40,189 bases of DNA from a virus (taxonomy: Duplodnaviria > Caudoviricetes), in IMG/VR virus record IMGVR_UViG_3300022738_000047, positions 1-40,189 of that record. The stretch is one strand, 5' to 3'. The notes under the pieces are model-generated. The model made no database searches. It was not told where the DNA came from and saw nothing but the letters and a program-made list of their open reading frames with translations. Below, in pieces: positions 18,325 to 27,580 of this stretch (positions are counted from its first letter, which is position 1; every line of letters starts with the position of its first letter). Made by a program: the position numbers and the translations under genes.

Positions 18325-18900
18325 TTAACCTGCTTGCAGTTCAAGCTTGGCCTTTTTGAATTCCTCAACCAACAAACCTGTTTGTGTACACACAGCAATT
18401 TCTTCAGCAGTGAGTTCAGCCGCAGGATCACCGGCTGGCGGCTTGCCATTGGTTTGCGATTGCGTGAGTGCGGCGATAGGCGCGCGTGCTGCGACTGCTC
18501 GCTTAAACAAATCCGGATTAGATTTGGCGAGGTCACGCATCACCGTTTCGTCTTCACCCTTTGTAATTTGCCCGCTGGTCAATGCAGCCTGCAAAATAGT
18601 TTCAGTGTCAGCGGCGTCCCGCGCGGCAAGCTTTTGAGTGAGTACCGCGACTTCTTGTTTAACAGCGTTCAGTGTGGCGATAGGTGCGTAATTCACCGGA
18701 TCCGGATTTTTAGTTTTAAGTGCTGTGCATGCGGCAACAACAACATCTTCGTTTGCTGTTGCATCCAACTCCAAGGTTTCACGCAATTTTTTAAGTGGGT
18801 CAATTGCCAGGCGCGCATTGAGCGCTGCGATTGCGTCATCTTCAGATGCGGTGGCTTGTAATGAGAGTGATGCGATTAATGCGAGTAAAAGTTTGTTCAT
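18325..18900 (-). CDS. Nested in-frame scaffold protein (Mu gpZ-like)
   Basis: GAGGA SD before in-frame ATG (MNKLLLAL..); Ala-rich helical C-terminal half. Confidence 0.65.
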   Translation of the reverse strand: MNKLLLALIASLSLQATASEDDAIAALNARLAIDPLKKLRETLELDATANEDVVVAACTALKTKNPDPVNYAPIATLNAVKQEVAVLTQKLAARDAADTETILQAALTSGQITKGEDETVMRDLAKSNPDLFKRAVAARAPIAALTQSQTNGKPPAGDPAAELTAEEIAVCTQTGLLVEEFKKAKLELQAG

Positions 18901-19440
18901 GGGAGTTTCCTCGGTTGTAGTTTGATAACCAAAAGTTGCAGCTGCTCTTAACTCCAGAGCATTCATGCCGTGTACTGCAGGCGTGTTTGTAATCGCACCC
19001 ATTTGTATTTCTGTGACTTGACCGGTTTTACCGTCGTAAGCGAATACAGGGGAAAAATATAAATATTCTTTTTCTTCGATGGCTTTGCGTGCTGAAGCGG
19101 TTAGTTCGGCTCTTGCAAACAAGCCTTCACCTTCACGCCACATGAGTTCACGCATCCACGCAGCAGCGGGGGCCGGTTGGCCGTTATCTTCTTTGTGAAG
19201 CGTTTGGTGTTCGTAATCAATAACCACTGGCAGCTTGCGTGCATTGAAACGATTGATCACTTGAGTAGCTGCAGCGGAATCAATTTTCCATGATGCGACT
19301 TTTTCGGGGCGACCATCAGCCCCACGAAATTCACCGGCAGGAGTTAACTGCACAATGATTTCATTTGAATTGCTAGCGACGGTTCCCAGTGAGTAACTGC
19401 AAGCGGCGATAGCAAACTGTAAGGGAGTATTTTTGTTCAT
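18325..19440 (-). CDS. Prohead protease, Mu gpI family (likely leaderless)
   Basis: PAGEF..DGRP..VIDYEHQT..APAAAW..EYLYFSPVF..AITNTPA; ATG 19440 lies 6 nt past the -10. Confidence 0.92.
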   Translation of the reverse strand: MNKNTPLQFAIAACSYSLGTVASNSNEIIVQLTPAGEFRGADGRPEKVASWKIDSAAATQVINRFNARKLPVVIDYEHQTLHKEDNGQPAPAAAWMRELMWREGEGLFARAELTASARKAIEEKEYLYFSPVFAYDGKTGQVTEIQMGAITNTPAVHGMNALELRAAATFGYQTTTEETPMNKLLLALIASLSLQATASEDDAIAALNARLAIDPLKKLRETLELDATANEDVVVAACTALKTKNPDPVNYAPIATLNAVKQEVAVLTQKLAARDAADTETILQAALTSGQITKGEDETVMRDLAKSNPDLFKRAVAARAPIAALTQSQTNGKPPAGDPAAELTAEEIAVCTQTGLLVEEFKKAKLELQAG

Positions 19441-19446
19441 GGCGCT

Positions 19447-19491
19447 ACTTTGCCGTAACGCATGGAATTTGTATTTTTGCGCGCGCAAAAA
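19447..19491 (-). promoter_or_regulatory. Late promoter 2 (Mor/C box + -10) for head operon (Mu PI-like)
   Basis: Dyad TTTTTGCGCGCGCAAAAA 19474-19491; -10-like CAAAGT 19452-19447, 21 nt away. Confidence 0.75.
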
Positions 19492-19552
19492 AACGATTTT
19501 GGGGATTTAATACTTAAGAATGAAAATCTACGGCGAAGCGGGATAGCGAAGT

Positions 19553-19670
19553 GTTTTATAAAGCTTTTATAAAAGCTTATAAAACTGTAGCACCATCGAA
19601 TGAATACACTCGCCGCACAACCGACCCCATAGCGGCTTACAGGGACTCTCAGGGGCGATTTAATTTTTTA
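19553..19670. other. Candidate strong gyrase site-like element
   Basis: G-I intergenic region near the genome centre; three TTATAAA units forming a nested palindrome at 19553-19585. Confidence 0.45.
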
Positions 19671-19675
19671 GGGGA

Positions 19676-20245
19676 TTAGCTGTTGGTTTGCCGTTCCAGA
19701 TGGCGCTGTGCGATTGCAACGAGTTCATTGTTGTCGGCTTCGGATGTTCCAAGAAACGGACGTGCGGGCATTTGAATTTTATAGGCCCCAATGGTTACCC
19801 ACTGAGCAAAATTACTTTTTTTCTTTTTCACAAAGAGCTGCCCGATAGAACCATCCTTCTTCTGATTGAAATAGGCCTGTTGACTGCGCGCGGCAATATT
19901 TATATCACCACCAAATTGGTGAATAGCCGCATAAGGGCGATCAGAACCAAATAACAACTCATCATTCTCAACCTGATAGCGCATGTTATTTTTTAAGTAG
20001 CCATTAAATTGCAAAATCTTATCTTTGTTTTTTCTCTTGGTTTTCAGGTAACGAGGGCTTAACGCTTTCCAAGGAGTTCCATCTGGCGAAATTTGCTTTT
20101 CAAACCGGCGCATATGAGAAGTAATTAAATAATCACCCATGTTACGCAGCATTGGATAGACAATGGTTAACTGCGCTGCAACCATATTTATTTTTCGAAG
20201 CGCATCTGTGCTATCGAATTCAATTGTTGATGTCGTTCCGGCCAT
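19676..20245 (-). CDS. Virion morphogenesis protein, Mu gpG family
   Basis: RFEKQISPDGTPWKALS..YAAIHQFGG..MPARPFLG. Confidence 0.9.
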   Translation of the reverse strand: MAGTTSTIEFDSTDALRKINMVAAQLTIVYPMLRNMGDYLITSHMRRFEKQISPDGTPWKALSPRYLKTKRKNKDKILQFNGYLKNNMRYQVENDELLFGSDRPYAAIHQFGGDINIAARSQQAYFNQKKDGSIGQLFVKKKKSNFAQWVTIGAYKIQMPARPFLGTSEADNNELVAIAQRHLERQTNS

Positions 20246-20949
20246 TAGAAATCTTCGTCTTCTTCCAGTCGTTTGCGCGCTTCTCCGGGCGTGTATTCAA
20301 AGCCGGGATCAATACCTTCAGGCACACTTACGGTCATTGGGTTTTCACCACGCGCGCCAATGATGCGATCTTCGTATTGAATTTCGGGCGCTTCGTCTAC
20401 CGTTTCACCCATTGCGGTTAAATCAGATTCGCTCAATGAAACAACCCTGCACTGGCAACCCCAACCATTTGGCGGGAAATGCGTTTGCCAAAACTCATCA
20501 TCCGCAGAAAGAATTAATCCATCCCAGGATTGATGTAGCGGCCTTGGGTGTTCAACAGAATCGTTATGTACGTACTGCCAATAAGGCCTGTCTTCTTTCA
20601 CAGCTTGCAGCTGCTCGTAGCGACCAGCTTGATAGCTCGAGTTCAAATTGGTTTCGTAAATTACACGGCTGCGCCAGTTGCGGCCACCGTTATAACTCCA
20701 GCCATGTTTTTCCACAATTGAATCGAAATCCTTACGGAAACTTTCGAGCGTGCCACCACCATCAATGATTTTATTCACTGCATTTCTAAAATCATTAATG
20801 ATTGCATCGCGGTTCGCACCTGCAACGGTAAATGCCCAGTCATGTTGCTTGGCGTAAATATCTGTCCATGATTCTGAAGTCATGTTTAATTTGCGTTTAA
20901 AGAATTCGCTTTGTTCTTTAAACGGAAGGCTGGATGCGTTAACGGCCAT
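20245..20949 (-). CDS. Minor head protein, Mu gpF family
   Basis: AFTVAGA..RVIYETN..SYQAGR..PYWQY..PRPLH..PPNGWGCQCRV; start ATG 20949. Confidence 0.9.
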   Translation of the reverse strand: MAVNASSLPFKEQSEFFKRKLNMTSESWTDIYAKQHDWAFTVAGANRDAIINDFRNAVNKIIDGGGTLESFRKDFDSIVEKHGWSYNGGRNWRSRVIYETNLNSSYQAGRYEQLQAVKEDRPYWQYVHNDSVEHPRPLHQSWDGLILSADDEFWQTHFPPNGWGCQCRVVSLSESDLTAMGETVDEAPEIQYEDRIIGARGENPMTVSVPEGIDPGFEYTPGEARKRLEEDEDF

Positions 20950-22522
20950 TGGCGATTTCATCCATAATGTCACTGCGGCCAGTAAGTTGTGCAACACGCA
21001 GCGCTTCACCCATCACCGCTGCATATTGTTCAAGTTTCATGTTGGGCAACAGCTTATCAATACCATCGCGAATTTCTTCCAGGCTTGCGGCACTTTCTAC
21101 CAGCGCTTTAATTTGGTCTATCCATGAGCCTGTTGTTGATTGCAGTTTATTGTCGAGCTGATCAGCAAGGCTTACAGGTGCAGGTTGTTGTGTTAATGCG
21201 GCCAGGCGTTGCGTAAGTGCAACCGCATCTGTATTTGGAATTGCAGGCGCAGCCGGTTTGGCACGTACCAAAATTTCTTCACCTTCATCTGGCTCTGGGA
21301 TCCCCAATTTCTCTTGTGCCCATTGGCGTTTTATTTTCATGCCCAGGTCAACAAACACCGGCATTGATTTTGCGAACACATCCATGTCCTCCGGTTCGGA
21401 GGTATCGAATTTAAAACGTGGGCAGCGCGCCCAATTGCTTTCAATCCCATTCAACACGGCCATCGGATAAATCAAATCGCGGCTAATGGTTTTTGCAATT
21501 TGCTTCGCATCCGAGACTGTAAGCTCTTTGCGCACTTCGTTGTGAACATTACCCAATGCGTTAGTGCTACTTGCACCATCAGCCTGGCTTGTGAGTGTTC
21601 CGCCCAGGATCGCTTTGGATTGCGTTCTTTCGCACCAATCAATCATCAATTTAAATGCATCAGGGTTACCCTGTGCGGCATTTTGAAATTCGATTTCCAT
21701 TCCCTGGGGAATAATGCCTGCAGCGTTATGGCCGATTTGCGAGAGTGCGCGTAACAAAGTTACTTTTTCTTTTTCATTAGAGCCGCTTGGGTATTTACCA
21801 ATGCGAACAGGAATACCGTAGATTTCTAAAAATTCAGCGAGGTCACCCACACTGTAATTTTTAAACAAGTACGGCCACAACAATACGCGGAATAATGCAC
21901 TTCGCTCCAGGAAGCCGCTCTTGGCTTTGTGCTTGTGAACCATCCAGCCAAAACCATTTAACGGAATGCCTTCGCTTGGGCCCCGCAAATTAATTTGCTG
22001 TTCAAAGCCACGAGTGATTTGAAACCAGCTTTGCGGACGATGTTGGATACTCGCCGGCAAAAGAATTCCCTCGACGTTTTGCCAACCACCATATTCCAAA
22101 CAACAAAAGCCCTTACCGATTGCATCGGTAAGGTCAAATAAAATATCTTCGAAATCGTCGAGGCCTTCCAACATATCGGTGAGACGCGCTGTGTTATCTT
22201 TCTCTTGTGAAGTAGGATTTTTAGGTGGAGCGAGAAAGTACTCCAAACCTGTCAAAGCACGACGACGTTTGCCCATCTCGGATGTTATGTGTCCGTCCTT
22301 TTCTTCCATGTCTTCGTACAATTCCCATTCTGCAGTAATGTCACCTTGCTCCGCGCGATCCATAATGCTCGCCAATTTGCTTGGCGTTAAATTCCGACTT
22401 GGATGCCCCTGGAATTCACGGTGCAAGTTTGCCATCTGCGCAGTTTGTGGTTCTTTCACTGAATCACTTTCAACCTTTTGACCACCGGCGGTGAATAAAC
22501 CTTTAATAAATTTTGTTACCAT
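20939..22522 (-). CDS. Portal protein, Mu gp29 / DUF935
   Basis: MEEKDGH..KRRRAL..FLEIYGIPVRIGKYP..SKAILGGTLTS..ALGNVHNEVR. Confidence 0.93.
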   Translation of the reverse strand: MVTKFIKGLFTAGGQKVESDSVKEPQTAQMANLHREFQGHPSRNLTPSKLASIMDRAEQGDITAEWELYEDMEEKDGHITSEMGKRRRALTGLEYFLAPPKNPTSQEKDNTARLTDMLEGLDDFEDILFDLTDAIGKGFCCLEYGGWQNVEGILLPASIQHRPQSWFQITRGFEQQINLRGPSEGIPLNGFGWMVHKHKAKSGFLERSALFRVLLWPYLFKNYSVGDLAEFLEIYGIPVRIGKYPSGSNEKEKVTLLRALSQIGHNAAGIIPQGMEIEFQNAAQGNPDAFKLMIDWCERTQSKAILGGTLTSQADGASSTNALGNVHNEVRKELTVSDAKQIAKTISRDLIYPMAVLNGIESNWARCPRFKFDTSEPEDMDVFAKSMPVFVDLGMKIKRQWAQEKLGIPEPDEGEEILVRAKPAAPAIPNTDAVALTQRLAALTQQPAPVSLADQLDNKLQSTTGSWIDQIKALVESAASLEEIRDGIDKLLPNMKLEQYAAVMGEALRVAQLTGRSDIMDEIANGR

Positions 22523-24168
22523 GATGTTGATGACTCCGGGATATCAAAATCGCTGTCTTCTGTTTTTGTGTTATCGAAACCGCGTGAATGTGTTGGTAGT
22601 GGTGTCCAATCAATTTCGCCGGTTTGCACCCAGCTCGCAAAAATTGCCATACAAAGTGCAACGGCAAAATCACCATGTCGTTTTCCCTTACTGCTTTTTG
22701 ACTCGCTGTCTTTTTGGCGGCCCTTGTCGATCACAGGAATACCGTTTTCAACTTTGATGTGAAGCAAGTCATCCATAATCGATTGGTGACGCGGAATCTC
22801 TATATTGAAACCTTCAAATTCGCCTTTCAGCTTTGGCATCCAGTCGCCGTACCAGGCTAAATTAATTTTTACTTTCTGAATCAAGCCAACGCCAAACTTT
22901 AGTGCAGCTTGCTCCGCCAAATATCCACCATTGCCGGTAGCATCAAAGGCAGCGCCACCGAAACGGGGAAGCCTGTGCAAAATGAAAAACATTACTTGTT
23001 CTTGTTGCTTGTAAGGGACACTTCGTAATTCAACAACAAAGGGCGTGCGCTTACGTAAGTCAGATTGAATTGCCAAAGGAGCAAAGACTGACAGGTCACC
23101 TTCGCGAGCGAAGTCTTCACCGAATACATGGCGCTCTTTCGGATTTAATGCATTCAAGAGCGGAAGCAAATTATCAAAACACCATTTGTCAACTTCATCC
23201 TGGCGTTGCTGTTCTGTCCAGGCTTCGAAATTTTCCGGTGCCTCAAAACGCAAAATAGGTATTGAATGATCGGCAACCATTGCTTGCTCGATCAACACAC
23301 GCGTTAAATATCCACCGCCAGATTTTTTTGGAATACAACCGTACTCTTCATTCGCCGATTCAATGTTAGGTGCGTTTTTGTAAAGCTTGTCTCGCCAATT
23401 TTTTTCGGCCTCTGCAGACCACACTTCATTGGTCACGAAACAAATGCGCTTATACAAACCTTGCGCTAACGCATCATCCAATGTGATGCGATGAATCGAA
23501 TAATCCTTGCGGCCTTCGCGCGCATCCTGGATGTATTGGTTGAATGCGTTATCGACGCCGTTGTGCGTAGATATCAAACGAACCTTGTTGCCCCACATGG
23601 TTAATGCCAGGGCAGCTTTCAGAAGTTCTTCGAGCGATTCATGGAAGGCGGCTTCGTCGATAACCACATCACCTTGTAAACCACGCAGGTTTGACGGGCG
23701 TGAACTGAGTGCCTGAATTTTGAAACCGCTTTTGGGGAAGCGAATCATATAGGCAAGGATTTCTTCTTTCTTGCCTTCGTCCCAAAAGGTTTGTTCGTAC
23801 ACATCCGCTTCGGCCAATTGGTTAAATGCTTTGGCAAACAGCGCACATGCAGCGATATATTCCAATGCCATTTCTTGTTTGGATCCAACATAGAATGTGT
23901 TGCACCCACGACGTTTTCGCGGCTTCGCTGCGTTGATAACATTGCGGCCAGCTTCCGCCCAGGTCAGACCAGTACGACGGGATTTTTCAGCAATCATGAT
24001 TTGGCTTTCGTCTTCAAACCATTTTTGTTGATAGGGTAAAAATACTGCGTCACCACTTGGGATCGCATCAGCAACTTCTTGCGGCACCACAACGCCGTGC
24101 AGTTCCATCTCTTCTGCAAGGTTTATTTTCTTGGGTGCGGATGTTGCCTTTAAACCTTCAGTGGCCAT
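22516..24168 (-). CDS. Terminase large subunit, Mu gp28 family
   Basis: EKSRRTGLTWA, LRGLQGDVVIDEAAF, ISTHNG, DFAREGD, DATGNG, RHGD. Confidence 0.95.
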   Translation of the reverse strand: MATEGLKATSAPKKINLAEEMELHGVVVPQEVADAIPSGDAVFLPYQQKWFEDESQIMIAEKSRRTGLTWAEAGRNVINAAKPRKRRGCNTFYVGSKQEMALEYIAACALFAKAFNQLAEADVYEQTFWDEGKKEEILAYMIRFPKSGFKIQALSSRPSNLRGLQGDVVIDEAAFHESLEELLKAALALTMWGNKVRLISTHNGVDNAFNQYIQDAREGRKDYSIHRITLDDALAQGLYKRICFVTNEVWSAEAEKNWRDKLYKNAPNIESANEEYGCIPKKSGGGYLTRVLIEQAMVADHSIPILRFEAPENFEAWTEQQRQDEVDKWCFDNLLPLLNALNPKERHVFGEDFAREGDLSVFAPLAIQSDLRKRTPFVVELRSVPYKQQEQVMFFILHRLPRFGGAAFDATGNGGYLAEQAALKFGVGLIQKVKINLAWYGDWMPKLKGEFEGFNIEIPRHQSIMDDLLHIKVENGIPVIDKGRQKDSESKSSKGKRHGDFAVALCMAIFASWVQTGEIDWTPLPTHSRGFDNTKTEDSDFDIPESSTSW

Positions 24169-24182
24169 AAATTAAAACTCAA

Positions 24183-24461
24183 TCAAATCAAATGACTAAC
24201 AGTATTGTCTTGAGCTGATCTGCGTAATTGTTCAACCACCTTAAACATGTCGGCTGAATTTTCAACATCAAACCCAAACTCATTACAAAACGTAGAAAAA
24301 GAACTGCCGCGCTTTTCTTTTTGCAACCATTGTTCGTAAGCTGTTGCAGTATGCAAAGCTAATACAACCATTGCGTTAGCTTTTTCGACTCGCAATTTTT
24401 CCTTTCTATGTTTATTCACCAGATCAATTTCAGCTTGTGATAATTCGCCAAGGTTATTCAT
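24183..24461 (-). CDS. Hypothetical protein between terminase subunits
   Basis: Coupled ORF filling the TerS-TerL gap. Confidence 0.65.
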   Translation of the reverse strand: MNNLGELSQAEIDLVNKHRKEKLRVEKANAMVVLALHTATAYEQWLQKEKRGSSFSTFCNEFGFDVENSADMFKVVEQLRRSAQDNTVSHLI

Positions 24462-24997
24462 TACTGTTTCCCCAATAAAATTCCACGGATGCGCGCTTCA
24501 AGCTGTTCACTCATGCCATCAGTACCGCGCATTTCTTCCAAACGTTGCTCTTGTTCTTTTAGTAACTCTTTGCGAACCTGGATTCGCTCATCGCGTGATA
24601 GCCTGCGGGTGTGCATGATGTCTTTAGCAGCGCGGGCCAAACGGCCAACATCTTTGGTGTCTATCTCATCTTCTTCATTGGCATTCGCTGCAGCCGTGGT
24701 CGCGATTGTTGTAACTAGCTGAACCAGAAGCCCACCCGCTTTTTCATCGGGATTTTCACCAAGCTCTGCAACGACTGAACGTGCCATCGCATCCTGTTCA
24801 CGCATGCGCTTCATTAATTCTTCAAGACTTTTTTTGCGTCGACCTAATGCACTGCGCTTAGGATTTTCCTCATTGGGAAATTTTTCCTGCAGGTCGAGGA
24901 TCAGCTCATCCAGCGTCAAGCGGTTTTCACGCAAGCGCTTTTCTATGTGAATGCGCTGTTCGTCAGAAAGAGTATCAATTGAACTTTTGCGGCCCAT
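24461..24997 (-). CDS. Terminase small subunit, Mu gp27 / DUF3486
   Basis: MGRKSSIDTL..RSALGR..GMS..IRGILLG; synteny. Confidence 0.85.
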   Translation of the reverse strand: MGRKSSIDTLSDEQRIHIEKRLRENRLTLDELILDLQEKFPNEENPKRSALGRRKKSLEELMKRMREQDAMARSVVAELGENPDEKAGGLLVQLVTTIATTAAANANEEDEIDTKDVGRLARAAKDIMHTRRLSRDERIQVRKELLKEQEQRLEEMRGTDGMSEQLEARIRGILLGKQ

Positions 24998-24998
24998 G

Positions 24999-25292
24999 TT
25001 ATGCCCCCGGCTTTTTCACACCTGGTACGGTGGTACGACCTGCAGCGACATCGCTACCGCGCTCAGTCATGCGCGCCACCAGCAAATCAAATACTGGCTC
25101 AACAGTTACAAGACCTTGTTCCTCCAACCAGCGCATATGCGTTTTAATTTGATCGCGACTGATGACGTGACCAATTTGTAAAAGACCGTTATGCAACACA
25201 CTGCTGTTAGCGGTATAGCTCGACACATTTGCCAAAAGCCGCAGAATTACCAAGCGTTGATCTTCCCACAGAAATTTTTCGAATTCGTTCAT
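24999..25292 (-). CDS. Mu gp26-like winged-helix protein
   Basis: EDQRLVILRLL..YTANSSVL..WLEEQGLV..TERGSDVAAG..VPGVKKPG. Confidence 0.85.
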   Translation of the reverse strand: MNEFEKFLWEDQRLVILRLLANVSSYTANSSVLHNGLLQIGHVISRDQIKTHMRWLEEQGLVTVEPVFDLLVARMTERGSDVAAGRTTVPGVKKPGA

Positions 25293-25295
25293 CGC

Positions 25296-25622
25296 TCACC
25301 CCTTTTTGTTAAGCAGAAAATCATGCAAGCGATTAACGCTGTGCTGCATTGAATTCAATTGTTGCGTTGTGCCTTCGTGATAAGCCTGCAAACTGGCAAG
25401 CTGGCCAATGAGTTCTCTCACCGTTGCTTCACTGGGCATGTTTTTCATATCTACTTCGAGTGCAACAACGCGTTCGCGAAGTAAAGCAACCTCTGCATTT
25501 ACTTTCGCAACTTCTGCACTGCTTGCACTGGCACGCTGCGCCATCCATGTGTAAACGCCTATTACAGCCATGAGTAACCATTGCACTGCGGAGAGAGAAA
25601 ATTGCATATCGTCGAATTTCAT
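25296..25622 (-). CDS. Mu gp25-like / DUF2730 membrane-anchored coiled-coil protein
   Basis: N-terminal TM, RVVALE..MPS, coiled coil; synteny. Confidence 0.75.
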   Translation of the reverse strand: MKFDDMQFSLSAVQWLLMAVIGVYTWMAQRASASSAEVAKVNAEVALLRERVVALEVDMKNMPSEATVRELIGQLASLQAYHEGTTQQLNSMQHSVNRLHDFLLNKKG

Positions 25623-25624
25623 TT

Positions 25625-25795
25625 TTAAATCTCAATCACCTGGGCGTCACTGCGCCTCACTATATTTGTGTAGCCATCCGGTTCTTCGCTTAACCAACCT
25701 TCGTCTACTTCTTTCAACAGCGGTACTTCTTGGCCTACCAAATTCGCATACCACAACATGCTATCGCTGCACTGGATTATCTTTAGTTTTTTCAT
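25625..25795 (-). CDS. Small hypothetical protein, 56 aa (not in ORF track)
   Basis: AGGAG SD; MKKLKIIQCSDSMLWYANLVGQEVPLL..EPDGYTNIVRRSDAQVIEI*; fills the gap. Confidence 0.7.
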   Translation of the reverse strand: MKKLKIIQCSDSMLWYANLVGQEVPLLKEVDEGWLSEEPDGYTNIVRRSDAQVIEI

Positions 25796-26045
25796 CACCA
25801 CTCCTGCGCTTCAACAATTCCAGGTAACGACCGGCGCAAAGTGCGTATGCATCGTAGGTTTGCTTTAGTGCAACCTCTGTAGCATCGCAGCTGTTATTTG
25901 TTGGTCGCGGCACCGGCGGGCATGGTGTTAGCAATACCGCTGGCTGCGGCTGCGTCGGCGCGATCTGCCGCTTGGTATATCTGTCGCATGACGCCATCAT
26001 CAAACACGCAATTAACACGCAGGTGAGCCGTAGTAGAGAGCGCAT
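25761..26045 (-). CDS. o-spanin (Rz1-like lipoprotein)
   Basis: Signal peptide with lipobox MASC; Pro-rich LLTPCPPVP..YALCA; overlaps i-spanin out of frame. Confidence 0.8.
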   Translation of the reverse strand: MRSLLRLTCVLIACLMMASCDRYTKRQIAPTQPQPAVLLTPCPPVPRPTNNSCDATEVALKQTYDAYALCAGRYLELLKRRSGDEKTKDNPVQR

Positions 26046-26289
26046 TTAAAAGATCCTGTGTTGTTTGTTGGTTGGCTTTGATTTGGCCGCTCATTAATTT
26101 ATTGAAAAAGAGACTGGCTTTATCAGCGGCTTTGGTTAATTTTTCGGTACTGTCAATTACGCCCTGGAGCGATTTGATATCAGATGCTGAATAACCTTTG
26201 TCGTAGCCGTATTTAAAAACCAACGCCCCAAAAACGATTTGCAAAATAACCACGATGAGTGCAGCTATGATTTGTGCTTTTGTGTTCAT
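25894..26289 (-). CDS. i-spanin (Rz-like)
   Basis: N-terminal TM, GYDKGY, periplasmic helix with a single Cys (CVFDD). Confidence 0.75.
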   Translation of the reverse strand: MNTKAQIIAALIVVILQIVFGALVFKYGYDKGYSASDIKSLQGVIDSTEKLTKAADKASLFFNKLMSGQIKANQQTTQDLLNALSTTAHLRVNCVFDDGVMRQIYQAADRADAAAASGIANTMPAGAATNK

Positions 26290-26338
26290 GTTGAAATCAC
26301 TTCAAATGGTGCGTTGGTTTTTTAATCGCAACGGCTAA

Positions 26339-26554
26339 TTAATTAGCCGGTATAAAATCGATGTAGAATTCTGCATCTGGCTTAAATTGTTCGGCCTGTT
26401 CTGGCTTGACCAAACCTAATTTAATTTCCCCATAGGGAGTCCATTTGAAAAACTCTGAATTTTCGTCACTGCCTTGAGTCACCGGAGTCAAATTAACTTC
26501 ACTTCCGTTCGCCATGTTCGTAACACTTTTTACTTTGAACTTTGCGCGTACCAT
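26339..26554 (-). CDS. Hypothetical protein in lysis cassette
   Basis: GAGGTG SD before ATG 26554; MVRAKFKV..ENSEFFKWTPYGEI..EFYIDF. Confidence 0.75.
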   Translation of the reverse strand: MVRAKFKVKSVTNMANGSEVNLTPVTQGSDENSEFFKWTPYGEIKLGLVKPEQAEQFKPDAEFYIDFIPAN

Positions 26555-26567
26555 GATTGCCACCTCG

Positions 26568-27239
26568 TTAAAATTTAATATTGTTACTACAAACACCTTC
26601 ACCCCAACCGGCACGCTCATAGAGCGGCTCCCATCGCAGTAAAATTGCGCGGGGATAGTTTCGGTTTTCGTTGAAGTTTGGAATTGAGCGCCCCGCATTG
26701 AAGCGCTCGATTGAATTAAACCAAGCCAGCTCATCAGCCCCGGAAGCTAACGCCAACTTACGATCACGATTAATCCAACCTTGGCCACCGTTGTAGGCGG
26801 CCAATGTCATGGCCCATTGTTCACACGGGTTTTCGGCTTGGTTTTGTTTGTAGAGAGAGCGGTCATAAATCACAAGCGCTTGTAATGACCAACTTGGATT
26901 TAATGGCTGCGCGTTGCCGAGTGTTTGCGGGTACACACTTGCAATCCATGCCGATGTTGCAGGCATGAATTGCGCAATACCTTGTGCACCGACCGGTGAC
27001 CGTGCATCAGCCCGCCATAAACTTTCTTGGTGCACCTGTGCAGCGAAGGTTGCAACCGGCGCATCCAAACCCCAATGCGCATAAGCAGAGCGCTGTAACA
27101 GCGCCCTATGTTGTTGTGCTGCAGCAGGAATTGAATCTGCATGCACTGGATGACATTGCGAGAGCGAAACAAGCAAAGCACAACCCAATGCAAAAACTAT
27201 TACATCCCGGATAATTATTTTTGTTCTTGTGGCTTTCAT
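26568..27239 (-). CDS. Endolysin, SLT lytic transglycosylase with N-terminal signal/anchor
   Basis: QVHQES, GAQGIAQFMPAT, AAYNGG, ENRNYP. Confidence 0.92.
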   Translation of the reverse strand: MKATRTKIIIRDVIVFALGCALLVSLSQCHPVHADSIPAAAQQHRALLQRSAYAHWGLDAPVATFAAQVHQESLWRADARSPVGAQGIAQFMPATSAWIASVYPQTLGNAQPLNPSWSLQALVIYDRSLYKQNQAENPCEQWAMTLAAYNGGQGWINRDRKLALASGADELAWFNSIERFNAGRSIPNFNENRNYPRAILLRWEPLYERAGWGEGVCSNNIKF

Positions 27240-27241
27240 GA

Positions 27242-27580
27242 TTAAAGCCCCACTGCAACGCTAATCGCTACTGACATTACAATTAACGCGCGGCGCAACA
27301 TAGAAAGTGCGAACACAATTTTGTAACCGTCTGCCACCTCAAAATCAGCGGCATCTTCTGGCTCATCGGTACCTAATCGCCAATGGCGTTTCAGGTATCC
27401 ATCGGGGCGGCCATATGGAAACAACGAACGATCCAAAAAGTAACCCACCACAGCAGCAACACAAATTAACGCCAACTTATAAAACGCGACGGTGACTTGC
27501 TGTGGCGCTACAAAATACAAACCGGCAACCATAACTACCGATAGCACTAACCAACCAAATAAACGCGGCATGTTGTTCAC
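27242..27580 (-). CDS. Putative holin
   Basis: TM helices; YKLALI..GYFLDRSLFPYGRP..MLRRALIV; GGGAG SD before GTG 27580, second in-frame ATG 27571. Confidence 0.8.
   Translation of the reverse strand: MNNMPRLFGWLVLSVVMVAGLYFVAPQQVTVAFYKLALICVAAVVGYFLDRSLFPYGRPDGYLKRHWRLGTDEPEDAADFEVADGYKIVFALSMLRRALIVMSVAISVAVGL

Noticed and set aside
19492-19675. Anti-CRISPR locus between G and I as in D3112-like phages
   Set aside because: The gap is under 200 nt with no credible ORF or Aca-like HTH.
20245-20949. MuF polymorphic toxin
   Set aside because: gpF is the short form with no C-terminal extension and no downstream immunity gene.
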